A DNA stretch of 64,000 nucleotides from Lachnospiraceae bacterium (GTDB lineage Bacteria > Bacillota > Clostridia > Lachnospirales > Lachnospiraceae), in NCBI GenBank assembly GCA_017461045.1, contig JAFTZJ010000047.1, forward strand, positions 12,218 to 76,217, given 5' to 3'. The translations under genes and the position numbers were made by a program. The notes beneath the pieces were generated by a model. The model worked only from the letters and a program-made list of their open reading frames with translations, made no database searches and had not been told where the DNA came from. The stretch's first letter is position 1, and the number at the start of each line of letters is the position of its first letter. Positions 37,353-46,852 of this stretch are shown here, in pieces.

Positions 37353-38534
37353 CTACACAGTCGCATTTACCGCAATCTTGTAAATGGCTGCCACATCGTC
37401 TGCGGACAATGGCTGGAATCCCCCTGTCATTCCATCACCAACGCCAAAATTCTTAACCAATGTCGGGATATCTTCCTCCTTTGCTCCCAACTGTTCGAAA
37501 TTAATTGGCATTCCAATAGATACTAAAAATTCCCGGAACTTGCGGATTCCTTGCAATGCAGTTTCCTTCGGATTCTGGAAATTCATTTCACATCCCCAAA
37601 CCCGGGTTGCTACCTGCGCAAATCGCATCACATCATGATCAACCACATACTCCATCCAAGATGGCATGATAACAGCCAGACCTGCACCGTGTGCACAATC
37701 ATATAAGCCGGACAATTCATGCTCAATTCCGTGACTGTTCCAGTCTTGACTTCTACCCACACCAACAACACCATTATGAGCTACCATACCTGCCCACATA
37801 ATATTGGCTCTGGCTTCGTAGTTATTCGGATTTTCAATAACTCGCGGTGTTTCTTTTACCATTGTAAGCAAAACAGCTTCGCAAAGACGGTCAGTAATTT
37901 CAACCTCTTTTGTATTTGTAAAATAGCGTTCAAACACATGCGCCATAATATCAGTTGCTCCACAGGCAGTCTGGTATGGTGGCAGAGTGCATGTTAATTC
38001 CGGATTTAAAATTGAGAACCGCGGACGCATAGCATCACCGCCGGCACCACGTTTTACCATTCCTTCTTCCTTCGTAATTACCGAGTCACCGGAGCCTTCA
38101 CTACCTGCTGCTGCAATTGTCAGCACAACACCTACCGGCACTGCAGTTTGGAACTCCGCTTTTCCGGAATAAAAATCCCAAAAATCTCCTTCATAAGGAA
38201 CACCTACTGCAATCGCTTTGGCACTATCAATACAAGAACCTCCACCTACGGACAGAATAAAATCAATCTGTTCCTTTCTACATATCTCAATTCCTTCGTA
38301 TACTTTTCCATCTCTTGGGTTCGGCTGTACGCCTCCCAATTCTACATACGGAATCTGTTCTGCTTCCAAAGACTTTTTAACACGATCCAACAATCCGGAA
38401 CGTACGACCGAGCCGGAACCATAATGAATCAAAACCTTACTTCCCCCATACTTCTTTACATATGCTCCACAGTCATTTTCCCTCTCTTTTCCAAATACAA
38501 ACTCCGTTGGGCTACAAAAATTAAAATTCTCCAT
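37353..38534 (-). CDS. Iron-containing alcohol dehydrogenase (butanol dehydrogenase/YqhD-like)
   Basis: 393 aa with GGGSCIDSAKA and metal-binding His motifs (HVFERYFT, HGIEHELS). Confidence 0.9.
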   Translation of the reverse strand: MENFNFCSPTEFVFGKERENDCGAYVKKYGGSKVLIHYGSGSVVRSGLLDRVKKSLEAEQIPYVELGGVQPNPRDGKVYEGIEICRKEQIDFILSVGGGSCIDSAKAIAVGVPYEGDFWDFYSGKAEFQTAVPVGVVLTIAAAGSEGSGDSVITKEEGMVKRGAGGDAMRPRFSILNPELTCTLPPYQTACGATDIMAHVFERYFTNTKEVEITDRLCEAVLLTMVKETPRVIENPNNYEARANIMWAGMVAHNGVVGVGRSQDWNSHGIEHELSGLYDCAHGAGLAVIMPSWMEYVVDHDVMRFAQVATRVWGCEMNFQNPKETALQGIRKFREFLVSIGMPINFEQLGAKEEDIPTLVKNFGVGDGMTGGFQPLSADDVAAIYKIAVNATV

Positions 38535-38574
38535 ACTTCCTTCTCCTTTACTTTACTTCATTTCTTTTCTCTTA

Positions 38575-39225
38575 TTATAAACGCTTCCTACAACTTCGTC
38601 TTCTCTTTTTTGTATTCTTCGATGCAGTTATTTTCACCACTGTATTCTCTCTCTTATATTCCGCAATTTGTTCTGCAATAGTGTTGTAATCCCGTTGAAA
38701 TAATTCTTCACACATCTGCTTCTGCAATATATCTGCCGGTACCTTCTCAAGAATCTTCTCAACTACAAAGTCCTTACTTTTTTGTTTGTACTTTGGCAGT
38801 TGATTCAGTTCCTGAATGTGTGCCAGTTCCGGTCTCCATAGCATTCCCAGCTTCTTATTCCATTTTACCTTCGGATTTTGAGCAGGCTTTCGCAATATGT
38901 AGAAATCCGTTTTTTCATGTTCTTCCTCAACGGTTATGATCCCCCATTCCTTGGGCACATGCTCCTCAATATGCATGGCATGTCGGGTTCCCACCACTAC
39001 GTAATTATAATCATAGTATTGATTATAGTCCCGTACCTGCCTTTTTAACCTGGCATAGGTGTCTGCATCACTTTTTATCTCTATACCATAGATTGCATTT
39101 GGCGTTACCATAACCACATCCGCTCTGGATTTCCCCATTCGCTTTTCTTCAATGATTCGATTTTTACCATAAGTTTCATCGAGAAAGTCAAACAGCGTTT
39201 CCCGAATATCTTTATCGTACAACAT
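38575..39225 (-). CDS. PD-(D/E)xK-like protein, sce7726-family-like (tentative)
   Basis: 216 aa. SRADVVMV ... YGIEIKSDADTYARLKRQ fits a D...E-x-K nuclease core and my memory of the sce7726 family pattern. It has a basic C-terminal tail (KKRRRSCRKRL). Confidence 0.45.
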   Translation of the reverse strand: MLYDKDIRETLFDFLDETYGKNRIIEEKRMGKSRADVVMVTPNAIYGIEIKSDADTYARLKRQVRDYNQYYDYNYVVVGTRHAMHIEEHVPKEWGIITVEEEHEKTDFYILRKPAQNPKVKWNKKLGMLWRPELAHIQELNQLPKYKQKSKDFVVEKILEKVPADILQKQMCEELFQRDYNTIAEQIAEYKRENTVVKITASKNTKKRRRSCRKRL

Positions 39226-39237
39226 ATTATAACCCTT

Positions 39238-39723
39238 TTACTCTAGTTCCTTCTCATAGCACCACCAATGCTCCCCGAACAAATCACATTCACCTTTTAC
39301 CCGAAACTCCAACTTTGCATAGGATCGAATCGCTCTCTCATTGGTTTTGCTTACAAGAAAATGCACACTTCTGCATCCCCGTTTTTTTAATTCTGTCATC
39401 CCATTCTGTAACAATAGACGTGCAATTCCTTGATTCTGAAATTCTTCTTTTACCACTAGTCGTGCCAGTTCTGCTCCCGGTTGCAACTCCTTTGACCAGC
39501 ATACCAACTTGTCAACCACCTTGTCATCATCCACTGAGATTGCACCTACAATTGTTCCGCTTTCATCCTTCAGACAGAACAAATCATTCCGTTTCAAATC
39601 ACCTTCAAGTATTTCTTCGTTGGGATACTCCATTGACCAAGTACATCCCTGAGAACCAATAACACTTCTGTACAGTTCCAGAATTTCTTTTTTATCCGCT
39701 TCTGTTGCTTCTATGAATATCAT
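39238..39723 (-). CDS. GNAT family N-acetyltransferase
   Basis: 161 aa with motif A FQNQGIARLLL. Confidence 0.8.
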   Translation of the reverse strand: MIFIEATEADKKEILELYRSVIGSQGCTWSMEYPNEEILEGDLKRNDLFCLKDESGTIVGAISVDDDKVVDKLVCWSKELQPGAELARLVVKEEFQNQGIARLLLQNGMTELKKRGCRSVHFLVSKTNERAIRSYAKLEFRVKGECDLFGEHWWCYEKELE

Positions 39724-40116
39724 CTATTTATCCTCTGTTTCCTTCTTCCAAACCTCCATCGGTTCGCCAATCTCAATCATATGCTTGTCTGGGTCATAGA
39801 TTCGTACCACCCGTTGTCCCCAGTCATGTTTCATATCTTCATTTACATATTCGATTGGGAAATCACAGCTCTTCAGTTTTTCCAGAAAGGCATCCATGTC
39901 AGCTTCTTCGAAGTACAATTCTGCCTGATTACCTCCTGTAGTCACTTCCCTTTTAATAAACCGTTCCCAAATGGCCTTGTCTTGCAAGACCAGTCCTTCT
40001 GTTAAAATGACATTGCCATCAAAATCTGTAATCACATCTAAACCAAAAAGTGTTTTATAGAACCGTTTGGATACTTCTATATCTTTTACTACCAAAAGAA
40101 TGTTTTTCAATTTCAT
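39724..40116 (-). CDS. VOC family (glyoxalase/bleomycin-resistance fold) protein
   Basis: The start is at MKLKNILLVVKDIEVSKRFY after SD AAGGAG; the track ORF extends to 40146. Confidence 0.75.
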   Translation of the reverse strand: MKLKNILLVVKDIEVSKRFYKTLFGLDVITDFDGNVILTEGLVLQDKAIWERFIKREVTTGGNQAELYFEEADMDAFLEKLKSCDFPIEYVNEDMKHDWGQRVVRIYDPDKHMIEIGEPMEVWKKETEDK

Positions 40117-40205
40117 AATCGACTCCTTATGTTTGCACTGCTTCATATAGTCAAGCTTGATGATATATATCTACACCATTCATTGATATAGTTGTTATAG
40201 AACAA

Positions 40206-40682
40206 CTACTTTCTATCGTTTGAGCAGTTCGCTGCATCTATTGCAATTACCAGCATCAGACCTAACATTTCATCATTTGGATCAAGTATATCTACTACAT
40301 ATGTATCGCCCCAATTCAATATCTGTTTTGAAATATGCATAACAACACTGCAGGCCTGATACACATCATATTCCCAACCAAGAAAATCACCCTCTACCCG
40401 ATATCCATTATAGTCCACTTCGTATTTCGGTTGCAGGAACGTAAACTTCCTTTGGATACTTCCTCGAATTCCGTTTGTCGCTTCAATATCAAATATCGGC
40501 ATCAAGGTAAACACTCGCTGGCTAATCTTTCCGATTTCATTCCCCATTGCATCGAACACATGCAGTTGATGGCCCAAAGCAAAGATTTCTGATTTTACCG
40601 TATAGCGAACATTCCCCTGCTCATCGTAAATGTTATAAGAATCACCCCAAGAAAATATTCTTTGCTTTATTAATAGCTGCAT
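40206..40682 (-). CDS. LURP-one-related (YxjI/DUF567, tubby-like fold) protein
   Basis: 158 aa with IFSWGDSYNIYDEQGN and a repeated beta pattern typical of the family. Confidence 0.65.
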   Translation of the reverse strand: MQLLIKQRIFSWGDSYNIYDEQGNVRYTVKSEIFALGHQLHVFDAMGNEIGKISQRVFTLMPIFDIEATNGIRGSIQRKFTFLQPKYEVDYNGYRVEGDFLGWEYDVYQACSVVMHISKQILNWGDTYVVDILDPNDEMLGLMLVIAIDAANCSNDRK

Positions 40683-40762
40683 ACAAATACACCATCCTTC
40701 TTTTTCGTATTTACTAACCTATATGTCATATTTACATTTCGACTCATCATTTTCTCAAGCTG

Positions 40763-41317
40763 CTACATTTCTTCCTCCGGATATGGCAAATCCACTATCA
40801 CCGCTTCGTGTTTTACTGCCGGCAAGAATTTCTCTAACACATCTTTTGTTCTAAGTTTCAAACTAGAGGTACTAACACATGGATGGCAGCCGATATATTC
40901 ACTCTCGATTACCGGACGATCAATCAACAGTTGCACCTTCTTTTCCGTATCATTCATCAATCCCATAACCGATACTGCACCCGGTTTGATTTCCAAATAC
41001 TCTTCCATGAACTCTGCCTTACCAAATGATAATCTTGCACTATTTATCTGTGCGGAAATATCCTTCGTCTTAAATGGCTTGTCCCCGGGCATCATCAACA
41101 AATAAAATTGCGTTTCCTGACGATTACACAAAAACAAGTTCTTACAAATTATAGTATTCAAAACTCGATCTATTTCATTGCAAGCCTCCATGGTATTTGC
41201 TTCTTCATGATCCACACGTTCATATTCTATTTTAAGGGAATCCAGTAGATCATATACTCGTACTTCTTTATCCAATCTACCATCAACATTCTCCGGTCTT
41301 CCTTTCACCAGTTCCAT
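40763..41317 (-). CDS. YbaK/ProX-type aminoacyl-tRNA deacylase domain protein
   Basis: The start is at MELVKGRP (ATG 41315-41317, SD GAGGTG); the track ORF extends to 41392. The pattern VYDLLDSLKIEYERVDHEEANTMEAC ... YLLMMPGDK fits the family. Confidence 0.7.
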   Translation of the reverse strand: MELVKGRPENVDGRLDKEVRVYDLLDSLKIEYERVDHEEANTMEACNEIDRVLNTIICKNLFLCNRQETQFYLLMMPGDKPFKTKDISAQINSARLSFGKAEFMEEYLEIKPGAVSVMGLMNDTEKKVQLLIDRPVIESEYIGCHPCVSTSSLKLRTKDVLEKFLPAVKHEAVIVDLPYPEEEM

Positions 41318-41419
41318 AATTTCACCTCGATTATTAATACTAGTTTCTTCTATATTATAATATGTATATTCTATCACATTTACCCTTGCCATACTATTTC
41401 AATTTTCTTACTCTGGTAA

Positions 41420-41435
41420 TGTTTCACGTGAAACA
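41420..41435. promoter_or_regulatory. parS site 1
   Basis: Perfect palindrome TGTTTCACGTGAAACA, matching the Firmicute parS consensus TGTTNCACGTGAAACA. Confidence 0.85.
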
Positions 41436-41458
41436 ATTGCTTCCATACCAACTATCGA

Positions 41459-41474
41459 TGTTTCACGTGAAACA
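41459..41474. promoter_or_regulatory. parS site 2
   Basis: TGTTTCACGTGAAACA. Confidence 0.85.
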
Positions 41475-41497
41475 TTCTCTCCCATTCTAGCCACCAG

Positions 41498-41513
41498 TGT
41501 TTCACGTGAAACA
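41498..41513. promoter_or_regulatory. parS site 3
   Basis: TGTTTCACGTGAAACA. Confidence 0.85.
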
Positions 41514-41725
41514 TTTTCACAATACGATTACTATCTATTAATTAGGTATTTCTCGCAATCATAAGCATGTCGGCAAAACAACTAATGATGAATCCGCAAC
41601 TTTCCAAAGACTAAAAACAGAAACAAGACTCCAAGCACTTTCATCCAAAAAACTCACAATACAACTTACATTTACCTTAAAAAATCATCACACAAATATC
41701 AATACAAAATCCGCATCACAAAAAA

Positions 41726-41741
41726 TGTTTCACGTGAAACA
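41726..41741. promoter_or_regulatory. parS site 4 (just upstream of the parA promoter region)
   Basis: TGTTTCACGTGAAACA. An extended -10 (TGgTATACT) lies at 41770-41778. Confidence 0.85.
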
Positions 41742-41818
41742 TTTTATAGTAGATTGCCACACAAAATAATGGTATACTATCATAAGAAATGACAATAGAG
41801 AAAACATAGGAGGCTAAC

Positions 41819-42583
41819 ATGGGAAGAATAATTGCAATCGCAAATCAGAAAGGTGGCGTTGGCAAAACAACAACTGCTATTAATCTTGCTGCTTGTATTG
41901 CTGAAAAAGGATTAAAAGTTCTGGCTGTTGACATGGACCCGCAAGGAAACATGACCACCGGTCTGGGCGTAGATAAAAATGATTTACAATACACCATTTA
42001 CGACGTAATGTGTGACGAATGTAATATTGGTGAGTGTATGTTAATAAATGTAATTCCGGATTTGAATCTAATACCGGCCAATCGAATGTTGGCAGGTGCC
42101 GAAGTAGAATTCGTTGGTGTTCCGGATATGCAGTACATATTAAAGCAGAATTTGGATAAGATAAGAGACAAGTTCGACTTTATCATTATCGACTGTCCAC
42201 CTGCTCTAGGATTACTTACAGTAAACTCCATGACCGCAGCGGACACTGTATTGGTTCCAATTCAATGTGAGTTCTTTGCGCTGGATGGTTTGTCACAGTT
42301 GATTTACACCATCGAATTAATCCAGCAGAAACTGAATAAGAACCTAACAATTGAAGGTGTCGTATTCACTATGTATGATTCGCGAACAAATCTGTCCTTG
42401 CAGGTAGTGGAGAATGTAAAAGATACACTGAAGCAGAATATTTACAAGACAATTATTCCAAGAAATGTACGTCTGGCAGAAGCCCCAAGTCATGGTCTAC
42501 CGATTAATTTATATGACGCTCGTTCAGCCGGAGCAGATAGCTATCGTTTGTTAGCAGATGAAGTAATCATCAACATTGGATAG
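41819..42583 (+). CDS. parA: Chromosome partitioning ATPase ParA/Soj
   Basis: 254 aa with the deviant Walker [12 protein letters not shown]. Confidence 0.9.
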   Translation: MGRIIAIANQKGGVGKTTTAINLAACIAEKGLKVLAVDMDPQGNMTTGLGVDKNDLQYTIYDVMCDECNIGECMLINVIPDLNLIPANRMLAGAEVEFVGVPDMQYILKQNLDKIRDKFDFIIIDCPPALGLLTVNSMTAADTVLVPIQCEFFALDGLSQLIYTIELIQQKLNKNLTIEGVVFTMYDSRTNLSLQVVENVKDTLKQNIYKTIIPRNVRLAEAPSHGLPINLYDARSAGADSYRLLADEVIINIG

Positions 42584-42597
42584 GAGGTTTACATAAA

Positions 42598-43557
42598 ATG
42601 GCACAAAAAAGAGGACTCGGTCGCGGTTTGGCATCACTGATTCCAACCGAGGCAAAAGATACAAATGCAAATTATAAAGAGACAGCCACAGAAAAGGCAA
42701 CCAAGAAGTCAACAGCTAAACCGGAAAAGGAAACTGTTAAAGAGGTCGTAAAAGAAGTTGTTAAAGAAATTGAAAAGACATTAAAGATTACTGAATTGGA
42801 ACCAAATCCAAATCAGCCAAGACGTCACTTTGAAGAAGACCCACTTCAGGAATTATCAGACTCTATCAAAGAGTTCGGTATTATTCAACCAATCGTAGTT
42901 ACACCGAAAAAGGGATACTATGAAATCATTGCCGGCGAACGTCGTTGGCGTGCTGCACGCATGGCCGGATTAAAAGAAGTACCGGTTATCATTCGCAATT
43001 ATACAGATCAGGAAATCGTAGAAATTTCCTTAATCGAAAATATTCAACGTGAGAATTTGAATCCGATTGAAGAAGCACTTGCATATCAAAGACTTATTCA
43101 GGAGTTCTCACTTAAACAAGATGAAGTAGCAGAACGTGTATCCAAGAGCCGAACTGCCATTACCAATTCCATGCGACTTTTGAAACTTACCGAACAGGTA
43201 CAGCAGATGGTTATTGAAGACAAGCTTAGCAGCGGTCATGCCAGAGCATTAATTTCGATTGAAGATCCGGAACAGCAGTATGAAACTGCATGCATGGTTT
43301 TTGATGAAAGCCTAAGTGTTCGCCAAACAGAAGCCTTAGTAAAGAAAGTAAACAGTGAACCAAAGCAGAAGAAAGAGCAGGAAGAACTGGCATACAAGTA
43401 TCTCTACACAGATACCGAAGAACGGCTGAAAGAAATCCTCGGAAGTAAAGTAACAATCAAAGCCAAGAACAATGAAAAGGGCAAGATTGAAATCGAATAC
43501 TATTCCAGCGAAGAACTGGATGCACTGGTTGACAAGTTAAATGAAATCCAAAAATAA
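42598..43557 (+). CDS. parB: Chromosome partitioning protein ParB/Spo0J
   Basis: 319 aa with the ParB box GERRWRAA and an HTH region. A K/E-rich insert follows the N-terminal RGLGRGL motif. Confidence 0.9.
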   Translation: MAQKRGLGRGLASLIPTEAKDTNANYKETATEKATKKSTAKPEKETVKEVVKEVVKEIEKTLKITELEPNPNQPRRHFEEDPLQELSDSIKEFGIIQPIVVTPKKGYYEIIAGERRWRAARMAGLKEVPVIIRNYTDQEIVEISLIENIQRENLNPIEEALAYQRLIQEFSLKQDEVAERVSKSRTAITNSMRLLKLTEQVQQMVIEDKLSSGHARALISIEDPEQQYETACMVFDESLSVRQTEALVKKVNSEPKQKKEQEELAYKYLYTDTEERLKEILGSKVTIKAKNNEKGKIEIEYYSSEELDALVDKLNEIQK

Positions 43558-43572
43558 CAAGGAGGAATCCAC

Positions 43573-44088
43573 ATGAGCGAACTATTAGCAAATATGGGAA
43601 TTGATATTTCCTACATCGTAATTGCGCTTCTTGTACTGGTGATTGCACTCCTTGTAGTTGTAATCGTTTTACTGGTAAAAGTACAACAGTTAAACACCGG
43701 CTTCCGTAAATTCATGAAGGGAAAAAACGGAGCCGAACTGGAACAAGTGATTTATGAACGATTCGGCGAGTTGGACATCATGCAAAAAATTGCAACCCAG
43801 CACGCATTAGAAATCAAGAACCTGAAACGACAATTCCGTTCTTCATTCAGTAAGGTGGGAATGGTCAAATATGACGCGTTCAAGGAAATGGGCGGAACCT
43901 TAAGCTTTGCCCTTGCACTACTAACAGACCGAAACAGTGGCTTCATCATTAACTGTATGCATAGCCGGGAAGGTTGCTACACATATATTAAAGAAATTAT
44001 TCATGGGGAATCCTATATTGCTTTATCAGAGGAAGAAAAAGAAGCTCTGAAAAATGCAGTCAATATGAAGGACCCACTTGCAGATTAG
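43573..44088 (+). CDS. DUF4446-like membrane-anchored protein
   Basis: 171 aa with an N-terminal TM. Its position directly after parB is typical in Clostridia. The family name is from memory. Confidence 0.55.
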   Translation: MSELLANMGIDISYIVIALLVLVIALLVVVIVLLVKVQQLNTGFRKFMKGKNGAELEQVIYERFGELDIMQKIATQHALEIKNLKRQFRSSFSKVGMVKYDAFKEMGGTLSFALALLTDRNSGFIINCMHSREGCYTYIKEIIHGESYIALSEEEKEALKNAVNMKDPLAD

Positions 44089-44123
44089 GTTAGTTTACAT
44101 AATGTAGAAAGGAGGCGATTCGT

Positions 44124-45002
44124 ATGCATCAGTACTTACGAGCAATCGGATTCAGTAAAGTCCGCAACTTGAACCAACTAAAACCAATCTTAGATGACGT
44201 AATCGCCACCCCTACCAACCGTTCGATTACTACCACCGGCGCCGATTCTTCCTTAGTGCAGATTACCAAGGAATACGGCGACACCTATGGCATCAGTATC
44301 ATTGGTGAGTATGATGAAAAGAACCGACTGACTATCGAACATTTCTTTCCGTATGTATTGGGAACCACTGTAAAATGGGAAGACAGCATCGTTATTGAAC
44401 CTCACACCGATAAGGAAGCTTATGCCGGTGTCAGCGAGAATACCAACATTGGAATTCCGCTAATTTTCTTCCTTCATAATGTGGTCGATTATGTCCGTAC
44501 CAAATGGTCTAACGAATATACCAGACCGCTTACTCAGGTTACCTATGGCGCACTTTCCATTGACGGAAAAATTCTTCTCGGTATCGACAAGGACGAAGAG
44601 CAAATCCGACTGGAAGAACGAGGTCAACGCAATCGAAACCGATTGCTTGCAGCCGCCAAAGAAGGAGATGCAGAAGCCATCGAAAGTCTTACTTTGGAAG
44701 ACATTGATTTGTACTCTTCCATTTCCAAGCGCGCCAAAAGCGAAGACCTGTACACCATTGTAGATTCCAGTTTCATTCCATACGGAATAAACAGTGATCA
44801 GTACTCCATTATGGGTACCATTCTTGACATACAAAAGTTGAAAAATCCTTGTACCGGTGAACAGTTATATCAATTGCTTATCGAGGTAAATGATATTCAA
44901 ATTGATATCATAATCAATGCAATTGATTTGCTTGGAGAGCCGGCTGTTGGCCGTCGTTTTAAGGGTAGTGTTTGGATGCAGGGATATGTATATATTCCTT
45001 AA
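44124..45002 (+). CDS. DUF3881-like protein
   Basis: 292 aa. The N-terminus MHQYLRAIGFS matches the family as I remember it. Confidence 0.55.
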   Translation: MHQYLRAIGFSKVRNLNQLKPILDDVIATPTNRSITTTGADSSLVQITKEYGDTYGISIIGEYDEKNRLTIEHFFPYVLGTTVKWEDSIVIEPHTDKEAYAGVSENTNIGIPLIFFLHNVVDYVRTKWSNEYTRPLTQVTYGALSIDGKILLGIDKDEEQIRLEERGQRNRNRLLAAAKEGDAEAIESLTLEDIDLYSSISKRAKSEDLYTIVDSSFIPYGINSDQYSIMGTILDIQKLKNPCTGEQLYQLLIEVNDIQIDIIINAIDLLGEPAVGRRFKGSVWMQGYVYIP

Positions 45003-45049
45003 GGAAGTCTTGACGGGGCAAATAATTTTTCATAAAATAACTGTGTTGT

Positions 45050-45123
45050 GTCCTCGTAGCTCAGTAGGATAGAGCGACTGCCTCCTAAGCAGTAGGCCGG
45101 AGGTTCGACTCCTCTCGGGGACG
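45050..45123 (+). tRNA. tRNA-Arg (anticodon CCT)
   Basis: Hand-folded 74-nt cloverleaf. Acceptor GTCCTCG/CGGGGAC, anticodon stem ACTGC/GCAGT with loop CTCCTAA, T-loop GGTTCGACTCC. Confidence 0.85.
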
Positions 45124-45126
45124 TAA

Positions 45127-45166
45127 AACCAGCGAAAATCAGTAGGTTTCCGCTGGTTATTTTTTA
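45127..45166 (+). terminator. Terminator after tRNA-Arg
   Basis: Stem AACCAGCG / CGCTGGTT, followed by ATTTTTTA. Confidence 0.65.
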
Positions 45167-45281
45167 TGAATGATTCCGTTCTCATTCCTTGTATTTACCA
45201 CCCAAATGTGCTATGATAATAAATAGTAATTTTGTACGGAAATCATAATAATAATAGATTGTAAATTGGAGATGAAAACCT

Positions 45282-45848
45282 ATGAAACAGAAAATTAAAA
45301 CCAATTTGTTAATAAGCTCTGTGGCAATGATGGCAGCATTGATGACAATGATTTATCTTGTGGCAACCATGCCGGATCGATTAGAGTTAATCATTGCATT
45401 CGGATTAATTGTTGTTGCAGACACATACTTCCTGGTGGACAGCATTATCCGCAAGGTAGATGAGATTGCCAATCGTTCCCTGGATAAGCAGAACGAATTG
45501 ACTAAGGTGGAAAAGGGAATCTACTCCGTTGCTAAACGAGAAGAACTTTCCATGAATCAGAGAATGGAAGAATTAATTGCAACCGTTGCAGAATTAAAAG
45601 AAGATAACATTCGATTGAATAACGAATTAGTAGAACAGCAGAAGCTTTGCACAAAGCTCATCATGAAAAAGAATCAGGAGAATATGGTACGTGTTGTGAA
45701 TAGTAATGACCGCATTACCAAACAGGTTGTTCAGATGTCCGGTGACAACAAGCTTGCCTCTATTGAAGCAAACGCTACATTACACAAGATTCACGAATCA
45801 TTAGAAGGCGATAGTCGTGCTTCGAAAATTACCAGAATGCCTTCGTAA
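45282..45848 (+). CDS. Hypothetical two-TM coiled-coil protein
   Basis: 188 aa with SD GGAG upstream. Two TM helices are followed by a heptad-rich region. Confidence 0.5.
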   Translation: MKQKIKTNLLISSVAMMAALMTMIYLVATMPDRLELIIAFGLIVVADTYFLVDSIIRKVDEIANRSLDKQNELTKVEKGIYSVAKREELSMNQRMEELIATVAELKEDNIRLNNELVEQQKLCTKLIMKKNQENMVRVVNSNDRITKQVVQMSGDNKLASIEANATLHKIHESLEGDSRASKITRMPS

Positions 45849-45874
45849 GCATTTCACGTACACAATAAACAGAC

Positions 45875-46819
45875 ATGAATTATATTATCTTTGACTTGGA
45901 GTGGAATCAGTGTCCACGAGGACCTGAATACGAAAATCCAAGAATCCCATTCGAGATAATCGAAATCGGGGCAGTAAAATTAAATGAATCTTTCGAAATC
46001 GTTGACGAATACAGTAGTATTGTAAAACCACGCATTTATAAATTTCTTCATAATCACGTTCGACAGATGTTGAATTATGATGAGACATTACTTCGAACCG
46101 GCCGGCCCTTCGATATGGTGTGCCGGGAATTTATGAAGTGGTGTGGCAACGATTATATCTTTGGAACCTGGGGTACCGGGGATTTGATACAGCTCCAAAA
46201 GAATATGGACTACTATTACATGAATAAATTTGCAGAACCATTTAAGTACTACAATATTCAATCCATATTCGCAGAAAATTACGAAGACTTGGGAGCCTGT
46301 AAACTGGAAAAAGCAGTTGTAGCCATGAATCTTCCCACAGAGGAAGAATTCCACACAGCTATTAACGATGCTCGTTACACTGCACTTGTATTCCAAAATC
46401 TATCCAAGAAACATCTTCATGATCAGTATACCTACGATTACTATCATGAACCCAAGGATAAAGCCAGTGAAGTATTTGCCTTCCATCGTTCTTATTCTGA
46501 ACACATTACCAGAGGTTTTGACCAAAGAACGGATATTATGGAAGATAAAGAAATTACCACATTCCGTTGCTACAAATGCAAACGCAAGATAGCAAAGAAA
46601 ATCAAATGGTTTGCCTATAACCAGAATTCCTTCGTAAGTGTAGGACATTGTTGGTATCATGGAAACCAAAAGGGCATAATCAAAATTAAGACATCGAATT
46701 CCGGAAAGATATTTGCTATTAAAAAAATCAAGCCCATTACAAAAAAAGAAGTAGAAGATATTCGAAACCGTCAAAACGAGTTACGGGAAAAACGAATAGA
46801 AAAACGAAAAAAACACTGA
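45875..46819 (+). CDS. DEDD-type 3'-5' exonuclease (KapD/ERI-1-like) with C-terminal Cys/His-rich region
   Basis: 314 aa with ExoI IIFDLEWNQ and ExoIII HTAINDARYTA. The C-terminus has CYKCKRK...GHCWYHG. Confidence 0.7.
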   Translation: MNYIIFDLEWNQCPRGPEYENPRIPFEIIEIGAVKLNESFEIVDEYSSIVKPRIYKFLHNHVRQMLNYDETLLRTGRPFDMVCREFMKWCGNDYIFGTWGTGDLIQLQKNMDYYYMNKFAEPFKYYNIQSIFAENYEDLGACKLEKAVVAMNLPTEEEFHTAINDARYTALVFQNLSKKHLHDQYTYDYYHEPKDKASEVFAFHRSYSEHITRGFDQRTDIMEDKEITTFRCYKCKRKIAKKIKWFAYNQNSFVSVGHCWYHGNQKGIIKIKTSNSGKIFAIKKIKPITKKEVEDIRNRQNELREKRIEKRKKH

Positions 46820-46840
46820 TGCAAAATCAGTGTTTTTTCG
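46806..46840. terminator. Bidirectional terminator between the exonuclease gene and rsmG
   Basis: AAACACTGAT / ATCAGTGTTT, flanked by an A-run and a T-run. Confidence 0.65.
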
Positions 46841-46852
46841 TTTCTATAACCT

